A stretch of 56,589 bases of DNA, taken from contig NC_069008.1 of NCBI RefSeq assembly GCF_001194135.2, forward strand, positions 7,206,461 through 7,263,049, given 5' to 3'. This document shows positions 35,570-47,870 of this stretch, one piece after another. Source of the DNA: Octopus bimaculoides. Taxonomy: Eukaryota. The stretch's first letter is position 1. Each line of letters begins with the position of its first letter. The notes beneath the pieces are model-generated. The model was not told the DNA's origin. It did not search any database and saw only the letters and a program-made list of their open reading frames with translations. The position numbers and the translations under genes were made by a program.

Positions 35570-35761
35570 ACGAATGAATTATCCTTTGTTTACAGTTAAC
35601 ACGGAAAATTCAATAAACAGTTACCAGGGTAGCAAAATTCACGCAAGTAACAACGATGTAGCGACCTATTCAAAGGTAGAAACTCCTGGTTAATGTGCAG
35701 TAATTTGTATAGTATAAGTAAATAAATAGAGTTAAACGCAGATGTTATTCAAATTCTTTTA

Positions 35762-35847
35762 CTTACGACATATGTTTCGAAGACAACACTGGTTTTATTC
35801 CACAAGAATAAACGGTGTAAAATAATGTAATCTTCTCATCAGGAAAG
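35762..35847 (-). ncRNA. Type I hammerhead motif
   Basis: CTTTC-CTGATGA-GAAGA..TCTTC-GAAAC-ATAT-GT-C-GTAAG. Perfect core, one helix I mismatch. Confidence 0.72.
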
Positions 35848-36344
35848 AATGAGAACCAATCTCAACAACAATATTATAACAATTTTGATGACTGCATAAA
35901 TGATAAACAGAACACTATTGAGTATTTCTAAATAACCGTTAGTAGCTCTGACGTCAAAGGTAGACCATAGGAAGAGAAGGGGTAAAGAAATAATAAGTAG
36001 AGAACAATTTTAAAACATTTAAAATCTACGGCATATGCATATTTTGGATTCCGTGGTCAACGCTGGTCGCAGAATGAGCTTACCAAATTAAAACTAATTA
36101 AAAAGTGGTTTTATAGTAGAGGAACAGCATGACGCCATGTGTGGACAGTGTGTATTTAAAATTTATTATCTTGAAGGCGGTTAGTCAGCATAGTAGTGGG
36201 AGCGGAGAGTGGACAGCCAAGCGTCTGCTCGCCACAATTAAGAAAGAAATAATTCTGTTTATCTTATAATACAATTCAACAAGGAGTATAGGATTAAAAG
36301 TGAAAGATAGTGTTCACAGTTATTTATGTGTCAGCTTTATTACT

Positions 36345-36690
36345 AAACGTATGTTTGATAGAGACATTATTAAGACCAGAATTGTACTACAGGGTGGAAA
36401 GGGAAGTAAGAATAAAGATGGTATTCATCGTGTTAACGGATAAATAAGGAAGTGTACAATTAATTGTGTACCGTATTAATAGATAAAGATTAAATTCATC
36501 TTTAAGTTTTATCTATTACAATCTCTCTTGTAATATTATCCCTTTTCCCTCATATAATGGTGCTATGGTACGCTATTGATTGTGTACTTCCTTATTTATC
36601 TATTTACAAAATGAATACTCTCCTTAAACCTACTTCCCTTTCCATCCTATAGTAGAATTCTAATCTTTATGTCTCCATCAAACATGCCGT
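36345..36690. mobile_element. Old foldback element (arms about 36345-36472 and 36567-36690)
   Basis: GGAAAGGGAAGTA/TACTTCCCTTTCC and GATAAATAAGGAAGT/ACTTCCTTATTTATC are inverted pairs. Decayed AAAC-AT.C-(GT/CG) near the outer ends. Confidence 0.7.
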
Positions 36691-37094
36691 GCATTTCAAA
36701 TGTCTTTAAATGTTCCTCAAAATGTGATTCGTGAATTCATCTGAAGAAAACGGGCTTTTATAATATTATAATGTACCCATTGATCAATTAAAAAATTCGT
36801 AGGAAATAGTCGTAATGAATTGACACCTATCCATCGTTTGTTATTTATTTATGATTCACTTCTCCTGTGTGTTCCAAAGGACCGTATATTTAATGCAGTG
36901 TCCATTTCCAGATTAATCTAAGGGCGGGTAATATACTCAGTTGGGTTCAATTAATTGTATACATTACCTAGTTATCTTTCTGCCTGTACTTCGGCACCAA
37001 TGTTTGTATTCATCTATAGTTGCTGTGTATGCATTTTATTTTGACCCGATCCAGTGCCTTAGCATTTAAGTACCTTATCCACCTGTATCTTAAT

Positions 37095-38560
37095 GTATTG
37101 ATGATACGAGGCTTCTGGTGCTTAAATTTTAAGCATGATGGAAAGGGTCAACATGGATTTCTCACTGACGGGCATTTCTATCGACGGTAAAGATCCATAC
37201 ATGCGCTTGTTGATGCATAGGACCAATGAGTTTGTTAGGAGGATCAGATGGAGGTCACACCATTACGACTCTAAGATGAAAGTAAACAACCAGGAAAGAA
37301 ACGACAACAATAATAATTATACTAAGATATGTGGATGCCGAAAATGCCCTTCATCCAACCCGTGACAAGGAAGCTCTGAAAATGACATCTTCCAGTTAAT
37401 TGCTAATGTTAAGTTCAAAAACCACCCACTTTGGAGGAATTCACAGCTGAGGAAGATGAGAGTCTACATCAAATGCTTAAAGATTAAATCCGGATTACTA
37501 GTACCAGCTGATAAGACAGGAAACCTCTACAGAATAGATTGTAATACATACAGAAGACTAATACTTAAGGTGCTTAGCGCTAAATACAAAGTGAACATTG
37601 AAACCAACCTCAAAATGATTAACTTAGAGGCTAAAACAATTATGGATAAACCGAACTGAACCTAATAGGCCTTATGAACCTAGAATTAATCTAATTCTAG
37701 AATTAATCTAAACCTAGAATTAATCTACACCTAGAATTAATCTAAAGGATCATCAAAAGAATTTTCGTGATAATCCTTCTGTTAGACTTATATGCCCTAC
37801 TAGATCCGATATCGGTAGACTAAGTAAGGTTATTCTTGATAAAATTGTGACTAAAAAAATACCATATATACCTTTGGGATCTAATACAGGTGAGGTGATA
37901 CATTGGTTTACTTCTTTCGACAATAAAAGTAAGTACTCATTTCTTCAATTTGACATCAACAATATTCTTCTAGCATATTCCCTATACTCCTTAACCAAGC
38001 CCTGATTTTTGCTAGGAATTCCTCTTCTATAACTAGGGATAAGATAGATGTAGTCCTATTATCTGGGAAGATTATCATCGAGTTTGAAGGTAAGCTATGG
38101 ACGAGAAGCGATACCCCTGATAATTTGACATGGGATCGAGTGACTCGGTCCAAGTTACTGATCTAGTCGGGGTTCTGCCTCCTACAATGTCTTAATATTG
38201 GGTTTCTTGATCTTCGTGGTGGTCTTTATAGGGATGGTGCTTTCTTTGTTACACCTAATAACAGTAAAGTTGTCTTAGAAAGAACGCGTAACAAAATTAG
38301 GAAATTCTTTAGAAACTTCAACCTAGACCTAACCATTGAGTGTAGTAAATTTATTGGATGCGACATTAGACCTTAAATCTGGATTCCACTATCCATATAG
38401 AAAACCTGAAGAAATTACTCAATAGGTAGATAGATTTTCCAGTCACCCCACTTATGTAATAAAATCATTGATAAAGGGAATTTCACAAAGGATTACACAA
38501 CTATCTGCTAATGTAGTTATATTTAATTCCTATTCTAATTTTTACAATTATATGTATATA
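37095..38560 (+). pseudogene. Penelope-like element reverse transcriptase, disrupted; no endonuclease seen
   Basis: FVRRIRW, LVPADKTGNLY, NLKDHQKNF.DNPSVRLICP, FLQFDI, GLYRDG, LDLKSG..PYRKP and SHP: PLE RT motif order with stops and frameshifts. Confidence 0.85.
37678..37745. repeat. 17-bp tandem repeat x4 inside the PLE RT
   Basis: CTAGAATTAATCTA at 37680, 37697, 37714 and 37731. Confidence 0.92.
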
Positions 38561-38907
38561 TCACAAGTGAAAAATATTTATTGTATAATTTTTGGTATTT
38601 TGTTCTGGACTTATCTCTCGTGTGTTTACGTGTTTTTCGCTCGTTAGTGACGTCCTGTACTTCATGTGTATTTTTTTATTTAGATATATTTATATGTGTA
38701 TGTATGTATGTATGCATGTATTTTTTAATTCTATATTTATATATAACGAGCAAAGTAGCTAGTGCTAAAATCTCTAAAAGAGATATAAGTAGTAACTACA
38801 TTTTAACCGCAGGAAAACGCCTTTTCCAGTTAGTTAACGACACACAACCTGTGTCCGATACATTGTGAATAAAGGAGCGAATCACTCCACTCCAATTTGG
38901 CAAGACT

Positions 38908-38948
38908 AGTAGACCATAGTTTCTTGGTCTTTACCCTTCATCGGTACT
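38908..38948 (-). ncRNA. Type I hammerhead motif
   Basis: AGTA-CCGATGA-AG-GGT-AAAG-ACC-AA-GAAAC-TATG-GT-C-TACT. Confidence 0.68.
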
Positions 38949-39052
38949 GGATAATTGCCTGCTAGAGATAGCAGGTAGGAGTCTCTAGCAGCCAGGTATC
39001 TCTAGCAGGCAGGTGTCCCTAGAAGGCAGGTGTCTCTAGCAGTCAGAAGTCC

Positions 39053-39093
39053 AGTACTGATGAAAGGTAAAGACCCAAAAACCTTGGTCTACT
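39053..39093 (+). ncRNA. Type I hammerhead motif, GAAA mutated to AAAA
   Basis: AGTA-CTGATGA-AA-GGT-AAAG-ACC-CA-AAAAC-CTTG-GT-C-TACT. Confidence 0.62.
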
Positions 39094-39238
39094 AATCTTG
39101 CTAAGCTGGAGGGGGAGTGATTTATTCCCTTACAATATACCGGACACAGGTTGTGTGTCATTAACCAGCTGGAAAAGACGTTTTCCTGAGGTTATAGAAC
39201 AACCATATTATAGAGGCAAATAAATGTTATCGTCGATA

Positions 39239-39291
<53 letters not shown>

Positions 39292-39355
39292 CCGCTGAAC
39301 TCTACACGTTTTTGTTTTTTTTTTTCATTCTCTCTCTGTTTATTTCCTCTTATTC

Positions 39356-39391
39356 CTTTCTGTCGAAGAGCGTAGACTCGAAACGTAAAAG
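39356..39391 (+). ncRNA. Minimal hammerhead-like motif with variant core, in a PLE-type terminal repeat (39290-39470)
   Basis: CTTT-CTGTCGA-AGAGCGTAGACTC-GAAACGT-A-AAAG; same family as 15342-15377. Confidence 0.6.
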
Positions 39392-40044
39392 ACTTTTTCA
39401 TTTTTCCCGACCTTCAAACTAATACACTTACTTGTTGTTCCTACATCTGTCTTCGCCTTCGTTCAATATCAGTTTATGCTAAGAGTAAAGTCGAAGAAAT
39501 AGCGAGTCTTCGCTGAAGTAAGTGAGTAAAAAAAAGTAGTAGAAGCAAGAAAATGCCAAACTCGGGTGAACCATATCGATCTAAAGTAAACAAAGGAATG
39601 TTTTAAGAACGTAATGGCGGCAAAAAATGATAGCTTTCCTTGGAAATTTCTTCTTAAAATTTCGATAGACTCTTTGCTACAGATATCGAATGGAGTTCTG
39701 CCACCTTGATACGGCCATTCCGTTTTAATAATGGGAAAAGTAATATTGTAAGGGATGTTATTGTTCTCAGGATAGTATATATGATTAGCTTGTGATGTGG
39801 AAGTTTTGCGTTTAGCAGAGAAAATGAACTAATGTAGATTAAAGTAATTTCTTAAGGTCTACGATGATCCTATATATATTTTAGCAGAATATTGCTAGGT
39901 ATTATGTATTGTACATTTATATAAAATGTTATACCTTCAATAATAGCCAGTCAAATGGCATTATTCGGGTATCCTACGGTGCATGTCTTTTTATCTCGTA
40001 TTAAATAGCAATTGTCGCTAGTTTTGTCATTGTTATTATTCGCA

Positions 40045-40243
40045 TTGACAGCACGCCGGGCAAAATGCTTAGCAATATTTTTTTCCGTCGCAACGTTCTG
40101 TGTTCAAATTCCGCCGAGGTCGACTTTGCTTTCATGCTTTCCGACTCGGTAAATTAAGTACCAGTGAAACACTGAGGTCGATCTAATCGACTAGTCCCCT
40201 CCCCAAAAATTTTATGCCTTGTACCTATAGTAGAAAGGATTAT
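40045..40243 (+). mobile_element. SINE family B
   Basis: GCACGCCGGGCAAAATGCTTAGC..TTCAAATTCCGCCGAGGTCGACTTTGC. Confidence 0.88.
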
Positions 40244-40463
40244 TGGCATTGATAGTTAAAATAACAATTGCGCGAATAAATATTACCTCTCAATATGCTG
40301 TGATTTGTGCTATGACTTCTAACACTACCATTATTATTAACTTGAATACAGCGATCTCTATTTTTATTGCTATAGTTAATTGATAAGAGGTGCCACTCTT
40401 ATTGCTATGTATAGTATTATTTTTTGCTAATGTATGTATGTATGTACATATGTATGTATGTAC

Positions 40464-40494
<31 letters not shown>

Positions 40495-40516
40495 TGTATG
40501 TATGTATGTATGTATG

Positions 40517-40651
40517 TGTTTGTGTGGTCTGTGTTTGTGCTCCCACCCCGCCTGCCATCGCTTGACAACAGATGTTGGTGTGTTTATGTCCTTGTTAACT
40601 CAACGGTCGGCAAAAGAGACCGATAGCATAAGTACTAGGCTTACAAAGAAT
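40517..40651 (+). mobile_element. SINE family A, 3' part (truncated), preceded by (TATG)n
   Basis: CCATCGCTTGACAACAGATGTTGGTGTGTTTATGTCC. Confidence 0.85.
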
Positions 40652-40879
40652 GCTGACATTAAACTGCCTGAAAACGTTTTTCCGCTTGGTACTGGAAGAT
40701 GTAAGTTTATTAAATGCGCGTAAATGAGAAATTTTAATCCACTCATTATCTCGGCACTTTTATTCATGACTAAGTTAAGTTAATGCGCATAACAGTGAAT
40801 GAAGTGCTCGTGTTTAAATCCTTTACCCAATAACTTGCTTTGTACTCTGTTTAGCATTCCTGCCATTACAGCTGTTCCG

Positions 40880-43800
40880 ACGTAAGTCTAGCTCACTAAT
40901 CTATCTGTAGTGTCACTGAAGGAATTCAACGCAGTTGCGATCACATTAACCAGAATTAAAATCACAAGGGTCCCACCGGAAGTGGATCCTATGTGGTTGG
41001 TGGCGACAGTCCTAATCGAACAGGAAGAGAAAATTACCCTCTTCCAGGCTGCCGCTACCGAAAATGCTAACTGGACTGGCCAAACAGTTAGTCTCCTCAT
41101 CCAGGCTGACCCTAAAATAGTTGAAGCAATTCCCGAGATGATTGAGATAGGGGAGGAGACCCTCGTGGTGTTTGTTGAGGGCCGAAAACCCCGATGTTTT
41201 TTGTGCGGCCTATTAGGCCACATTCGAAGAAACTGCAAGGAAAATGAGGAAGAGGAGGAAGAGGAGAAAGAAGAAAAGAGAAGGAAGAAGAAAAAGATGA
41301 GAAGAAAACAACAAATAAAAGAAATACAATCAGCAACTCAACCGAGAGCGGCGACTACTACAGAACAACGACCAAACAAGACTGCAAGAAGAGAAAAAGA
41401 GGAGAAAGGCATAATAGCCGTATACAGTAAAGNNNNNNNNNNNNNNNNNNNNNNNNNNNNNNNNNNNNNNNNNNNNNNNNNNNNNNNNNNNNNNNNNNNN
41501 NNNNNNNNNNNNNNNNNNNNNNNNNNNNNNNNNNNNNNNNNNNNNNNNNNNNNNNNNNNNNNNNNNNNNNNNNNNNNNNNNNNNNNNNNNNNNNNNNNNN
41601 NNNNNNNNNNNNNNNNNNNNNNNNNNNNNNNNNNNNNNNNNNNNNNNNNNNNNNNNNNNNNNNNNNNNNNNNNNNNNNNNNNNNNNNNNNNNNNNNNNNN
41701 NNNNNNNNNNNNNNNNNNNNNNNNNNNNNNNNNNNNNNNNNNNNNNNNNNNNNNNNNNNNNNNNNNNNNNNNNNNNNNNNNNNNNNNNNNNNNNNNNNNN
41801 NNNNNNNNNNNNNNNNNNNNNNNNNNNNNNNNNNNNNNNNNNNNNNNNNNNNNNNNNNNNNNNNNNNNNNNNNNNNNNNNNNNNNNNNNNNNNNNNNNNN
41901 NNNNNNNNNNNNNNNNNNNNNNNNNNNNNNNNNNNNNNNNNNNNNNNNNNNNNNNNNNNNNNNNNNNNNNNNNNNNNNNNNNNNNNNNNNNNATAAACCG
42001 GGTAACCGAGAAAAAGTTGTTTTTTTCTGATCCAGAAGGCAGGCTGGTCGTTCTTGACCTGACATTCAGTTGTGGCAAGATAATCAGGCTCGTTGCTATT
42101 TATGCACCCAATATTATGGGCCCGCAAAGTGAATATTTTCGTGACCTGGGCAAGTTCCTGGCCACGTCGCATTCGTTAGTATTGTTAGGAGACTTTAACA
42201 CAATATGTGACGCACACACAGATTGCGTTGGCTCGAACATGAACAGAAAATGTAACCCAGGCTTACGGGATCTGCTAAGTCACTTTCAGCTAGCAGATCC
42301 ATATAGGTTGGAACACTCCACAGTGGACGTGGTCAAATAGAGACGGCTCTTCCAGAACATATCTAGATATGATCTTAATTAGAGAAACAGATAAGTCCAT
42401 AGCTAAGTGTCCACAGTTTTTTCTAGTCAACTACAGTGACCACAAGATGGTTACCTGTAAACTGACAATAGATAAGTTACATAGTCAGGGATCTAGCTAC
42501 TGGAAACTCAATACGTCCCTTTTGGCGATCGAGGAATATAGAAAGCGGATCAAGATATTAATACAGAGGGCATTGGCATGTACCATCATTAATAACAAAT
42601 GGTGGTACGCCCTAAAAAGAGCCATCAAATATGAGTCTACTAGGTTTAGTATGAGTTTAGCTAAGAAGGGACGTAGAATAGGAGATGGTTTAGTTAAGGA
42701 ACTAGAAGAAGCCTGGAGGACTGGTAATGCGGACCAAGCGAAGGTGAGAAGACTGGAGTTAAACCAGCATCTTGAAGCCCAACACATGGGAAGTATTGCC
42801 AGAGCTAAGTTACGTGCGATGGGAAGTGACGGAATCAAGGCCGCTGGATGGGCCCGAGTGGTGGAAGCTCGGCAAGGAAATAGTTCCACTATACGGTCTT
42901 TGACGAATCATAATGGGGTCTTGGTAAATGAACCCGAGAAAATGTGTGAGGCCTTTCGAAAGTACTTCACCCAGCTGTTCGGGGTTGATGGCGGTCCTGG
43001 TGGTGGGAGAGCCCTCGAGGACTTTCTTGCCGGTCTGCTGTGTCTCTCGGGGTCGGATGCGGAGTCTTGCGAAGCGCCAATCACGCCTGGGGAAGTGATG
43101 GAGGCTTTGGCCGACTGTAAAGCGGGTAGGTCGCCGGGACTTGATGGTCTTCCGTACGAGCTGTATAAATGTATGCCAGACTTGTTCGGGCATCTACTGG
43201 CTGACGTTTACGCGAACTGGCAACAGACTTGGTTTATCCCCAGATCTGTACGCCGAGGAGTAGTGGCATTGGTCAGAAAGGACCCGGACAAGGAGGACGT
43301 TATAAAGAATTTCTGCCCATCACTCTGTTAAATGCAGAAGTGAAGATTTTGACCAAGGTCTTAGCGAAAACGTTGGCGCGTGTCGCGAATGGTATAGTCG
43401 AGGAGGCACAGACATGTGCCATCCCAGGCAGAACCATTCAGGATACCCTCCATCTTATCTGCTATACCATAGAGAGGATTGGTAATAAATCTGACAAAGG
43501 TGGGACACTGGTACATTTGGACTAGTCTAAGGCTTTTGATAGGGTTGACGATACCTGGCGACTGTGCTTGCGCGGTTTGGCGTGGGCCTTGGCTTCTTCA
43601 GGTGGTTTATCGCTTTGTAACATTGACTCGATAGTTCCGGTGAACGGTTTCCTTTCGAAGCCGTTCTGCATCAGACGCTCGGTTCGTCAAGGATGTCCGC
43701 TCTCACCGCTTTTGTATGTGGTGGCTCTGGACCCCCTACTGCGAAGGTTGAGTGGCATTCCGAGAGAACCAGGTCGAGAGGAGTTTGTTACGGCTTACGC

Positions 43801-45245
43801 GGATGATATCACTATCAGCGTAACCTCAGTAGCACGCCTACGTGAAGTGGGTAAGACTGTTGAGGCTTACGAGGAGGTGGCAGGAGCAAAGATTAACNNN
43901 NNNNNNNNNNNNNNNNNNNNNNNNNNNNNNNNNNNNNNNNNNNNNNNNNNNNNNNNNNNNNNNNNNNNNNNNNNNNNNNNNNNNNNNNNNNNNNNNNNNN
44001 NNNNNNNNNNNNNNNNNNNNNNNNNNNNNNNNNNNNNNNNNNNNNNNNNNNNNNNNNNNNNNNNNNNNNNNNNNNNNNNNNNNNNNNNNNNNNNNNNNNN
44101 NNNNNNNNNNNNNNNNNNNNNNNNNNNNNNNNNNNNNNNNNNNNNNNNNNNNNNNNNNNNNNNNNNNNNNNNNNNNNNNNNNNNNNNNNNNNNNNNNNNN
44201 NNNNNNNNNNNNNNNNNNNNNNNNNNNNNNNNNNNNNNNNNNNNNNNNNNNNNNNNNNNNNNNNNNNNNNNNNNNNNNNNNNNNNNNNNNNNNNNNNNNN
44301 NNNNNNNNNNNNNNNNNNNNNNNNNNNNNNNNNNNNNNNNNNNNNNNNNNNNNNNNNNNNNNNNNNNNNNNNNNNNNNNNNNNNNNNNNNNNNNNNNNNN
44401 NNNNNNNNNNNNNNNNNNNNNNNNNNNNNNNNNNNNNNNNNNNNNNNNNNNNNNNNNNNNNNNNNNNNNNNNNNNNNNNNNNNNNNNNNNNNNNNNNNNN
44501 NNNNNNNNNNNNNNNNNNNNNNNNNNNNNNNNNNNNNNNNNNNNNNNNNNNNNNNNNNNNNNNNNNNNNNNNNNNNNNNNNNNNNNNNNNNNNNNNNNNN
44601 NNNNNNNNNNNNNNNNNNNNNNGGGAGACAGGGAAACCGTCCCTCACGCTATTGTTCAGTGTCCGGAGATATCTGAAATGTGGGCTTATGCTGAGCACCT
44701 GTTGTCCGGCGAAGGAAGAATACAGCTGTCGACTGAGTCAATTATAAAAATTGACCCACCGGGAGTTTTAACAAACGACGGTAAGAATTGTTTTCTCACG
44801 GCTGTAGCATTAGCGAAAGAGGCAGTATAGAAGACGAGGACAAAAGGAATTAAGACAGGCAACTTTATCTCTGGCCACGATTTACGATTATCTTTTACTT
44901 TTCATTTGAAAAGGTGTGGCTGGAGAAGAGATGTTTGTCGGAGTGTACATTCCAAAAGAGATGGAAGCATGCTGCACGAGTGTTGTGCGTGCAAGGAGCC
45001 GTGTGAATAGACGGGGAAAAAAGAACAAACAAAGGTACCAGCGATAGATCGGGGCTTGTGGGGTCGGAGCGTGGCCTGATCATCGCTTCATTTGTATTGT
45101 CTCTGTATTGTTAATTTCATTCGATTTTTTAAATATTTTATTTAATTTTTAAAGTCACATTTTATGTAAAACCATATCGCATTACTGATCCCAATCAATT
45201 GTTCTGTCCATTTCTGTGTTTAGCCCTTGGTGGGCAATAAAGAAA
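40880..45245 (+). mobile_element. L1/Tx1-clade LINE, near full length, disrupted, with two N gaps
   Basis: ORF1 zinc knuckle CFLCGLLGHIRRNC. APE motifs VAIYAPN, LLGDFN and SDHKMV. RT motifs SPGLDGLPYELY, SKAFDRV, RQGCPLSPLLY and AYADDI. C-terminal ETVPHAIVQCP. 3' end GCAATAAAGAAAT. Confidence 0.93.
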
Positions 45246-45246
45246 T

Positions 45247-45417
45247 TGGTATTTCATCTGTCTCTACGTTCAGAGTTCAAATTCTTCCGAGGTCCACTTT
45301 GCCTTTCATCCTTTCGGGGTCGATAAATTAAGTACCAGTTGCGTACTGGAGTCGATCTAATCGACTGGTCCCCCTCCCGCAAAATTTCGAGTCTTGTGCC
45401 TAGAGTAGAAAAGAATA
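45247..45417 (+). mobile_element. SINE family B lacking its first ~50 nt, abutting the LINE 3' end
   Basis: GGTATTTCATCTGTC..CCTTTCATCCTTTCGGGGTCGATAAATTAAGTACCAG..AGAAAAGAAT. Confidence 0.9.
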
Positions 45418-46029
45418 TTCACTACATGAAATAACTAATTACATTGATATGTTCCAGATACGAACCAGGGCAGCAATAGACTTTGAAGAGATTAGAATAG
45501 GAAGGATTTGAAATTCAGCCAAACAAATGCAGAGAAAACTGCCCTTCACTAGCTAACTTTGTGTTATCGCTTGATATTTTAGAGGTGGCAACCAAATCTC
45601 ATTCATATTACAATCTACTGTTTTAAATATATATGGCATCTCTGGAGAATGTAGCTCCGGTTACAAAATTTTCTGCTAAAAATACGTGTTTGTACCAGCT
45701 GGGATGTGTTTGAAAATATGTTTGCTATATCTAAACTACTTGGGGCAACATGGTCCTAGATACACAACGCAAAAATAAAAGATAAGAAGGTCAAAGAGGA
45801 AATATCTTTAATCATAGATTTAAGGATGAAGGTTGACCTAGGGCTACAGATCAACAAGGAGGGATACGGTAGATTGTTCTACTATAGTGTCTAAATAAAA
45901 TATGGGATGGCCATGGCTGGAAGAGCTTTCTGAATAAACTTCCAGCATAATGCGAGATGATTTAGAGCTTCAGTTAAGATAATGCTCTCTTTAGCTGCTC
46001 TGCTCCGAGATTCATGGAACAGCAATGAC

Positions 46030-46795
46030 GTACGAAGCCCAATAGACTCATCGTGACTATTCATCTGATAAGAGTACACCAGGCACATGCATCACAACCA
46101 TATGTGCGCGACATGGTGATCTCATATCAAGATAAACAGAGCATGACCTCGCAGGTAGGGCCCAGTTAGAATTTTCTTCAGGTCGGGTAGCCCATCCTGC
46201 TCAAAAGGTCCCTGAATAAGGTTCGCTTAAGGATGTTGAGCAAAACACCCATGTTTCCAAAGATGAATTATTCAAACCCCAAAGAATTCCTCTCAACACA
46301 TGGCTATGATGCTCCCCCACTACTTCTGCTCGTGATCAGAGATGCACATATCATCAGCCACCAAGGGACATGCTCAACTGGTTAAGGTCAAACAACTGAC
46401 AAGCAAATCTGTGGTATTAAGCAGAATATTTGCTGTANNNNNNNNNNGCCCATCCTGCTCAAAAGGTCCCTGAATAAGGTTCGCTTAAGGATGTTGAGCA
46501 AAACACCCATGTTTCCAAAGATGAATTATTCAAACCCCAAAGAATTCCTCTCAACACATGGCTATGATGCTCCCCCACTACTTCTGCTCGTGATCAGAGA
46601 TGCACATATCATCAGCCACCAAGGGACATGCTCAACTGGTTAAGGTCAAACAACTGACAAGCAAATCTGTGGTATTAAGCAGAATATTTGCTGTAGCCCA
46701 TCTTTTACACCAAGACAAAACAATGTACATGATAACACTTCCAATCAATTAAGATCAGAAGTCATGAGAGCCACTGCCTGGTACTGCATCCGGGC
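46030..46795 (-). mobile_element. Interspersed repeat family E (includes an assembly overlap at the 10-N gap)
   Basis: Shares sequence with 14701-14860 and 49490-49625. Abuts (ATT)n at 46796 onward. Confidence 0.75.
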
Positions 46796-46857
46796 TATTT
46801 ATTATTATTATTATTATTATTATGCTCATCCTTATTATCATTATTATTATTATTATT

Positions 46858-46889
<32 letters not shown>

Positions 46890-46897
46890 TATTATTA

Positions 46898-47722
46898 CTC
46901 CTTCGTAACACAGTGTAGGTAAAAATGCACTGGAGTCTTAAGTCATTTGTCAAGTCACAACAAGGACCTCAGACAGATAATACTTTCCTTAAGATGTGCA
47001 CTGTGCCCAATAAGGCTGCTTTTTGCAAGACATCAATCTTCCATGGGATTTCCAGTTGCCTTAAGAAAGCTCCGATCACCACTGATATCACTTTTACATT
47101 ACCCTCTCACATTCGTTAGTCTTGCCATTTCCACTTCCAGTTCAGAGTACTTGGTGATTTTTTTCAACCTCTTTACTCACAACATCAATGATCAGACAGT
47201 ATTTCTATCTCTTACTCAATATGACAATATCCGGCCGATGGTATTCGATTACACGATCCGACTGAAAATCATAGTCCCAGAGTATCATTACTTTTCCATC
47301 CCCCTGCATATCTTTTCTGGGTACATGTTCATACCAGTTCTCTGTTACTTCATATTGGTATTTATGGCATAAGAGCCAATGAAGATACACACACACTTTA
47401 TCGTAGCAGCGCTTGTATTTTTTTTTTGCAAGGCTCTCACATCCACTTACCAAGTGGGTCACAGTTTCCACACTCTTTCCACGGAGTGTACATTTCTGGG
47501 TGTCAGAAGTTTTATAGATGTTATACTTCACTGAATTAGTAGCGAGAGCCTGGTCTTGTGCAGCAATGATCAGGCTTTTAGTGGTATGCTTCAAATCACC
47601 TCACTCATGCCCATGATGATGTATTATCCTTAACGTCTTGTGTATTCCTTTCAAACTGTCCATGCATTCGCATTTCAAGGTCTTTTCTCTTCTCCTCAGT
47701 TCTTTGGTTAAACTATTGCTGT
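46898..47722 (-). mobile_element. R4/Dong-like 3' fragment (zinc finger plus RLE plus 3' UTR) between trinucleotide tracts
   Basis: MHGQF, LIIAAQDQAL, ETVTHLVSGC, ILWDYDFQSDRVIEYHRPDIVI and LQKAALLGTVHILRKVLSV*. Confidence 0.9.
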
Positions 47723-47741
47723 AATAATAATAATAATAATA

Positions 47742-47794
<53 letters not shown>

Positions 47795-47814
47795 GATTAT
47801 TATTATTATTATTA

Positions 47815-47870
<56 letters not shown>

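Larger units (their letters stand above)
38804..39194. mobile_element. Foldback element with hammerhead in each arm and 17-bp tandem array in the spacer
   Basis: 38804-38950 is inverted to 39051-39194. Units AGG(A/T)(G/A)TC(T/C)CTAG(C/A)AG.C at 38977, 38994, 39011 and 39028. Confidence 0.85.

Noticed and set aside
39480-39960. Possible GIY-YIG endonuclease remnant on the minus strand
   Set aside because: Only vague resemblance; no motif could be read with confidence without a profile search.
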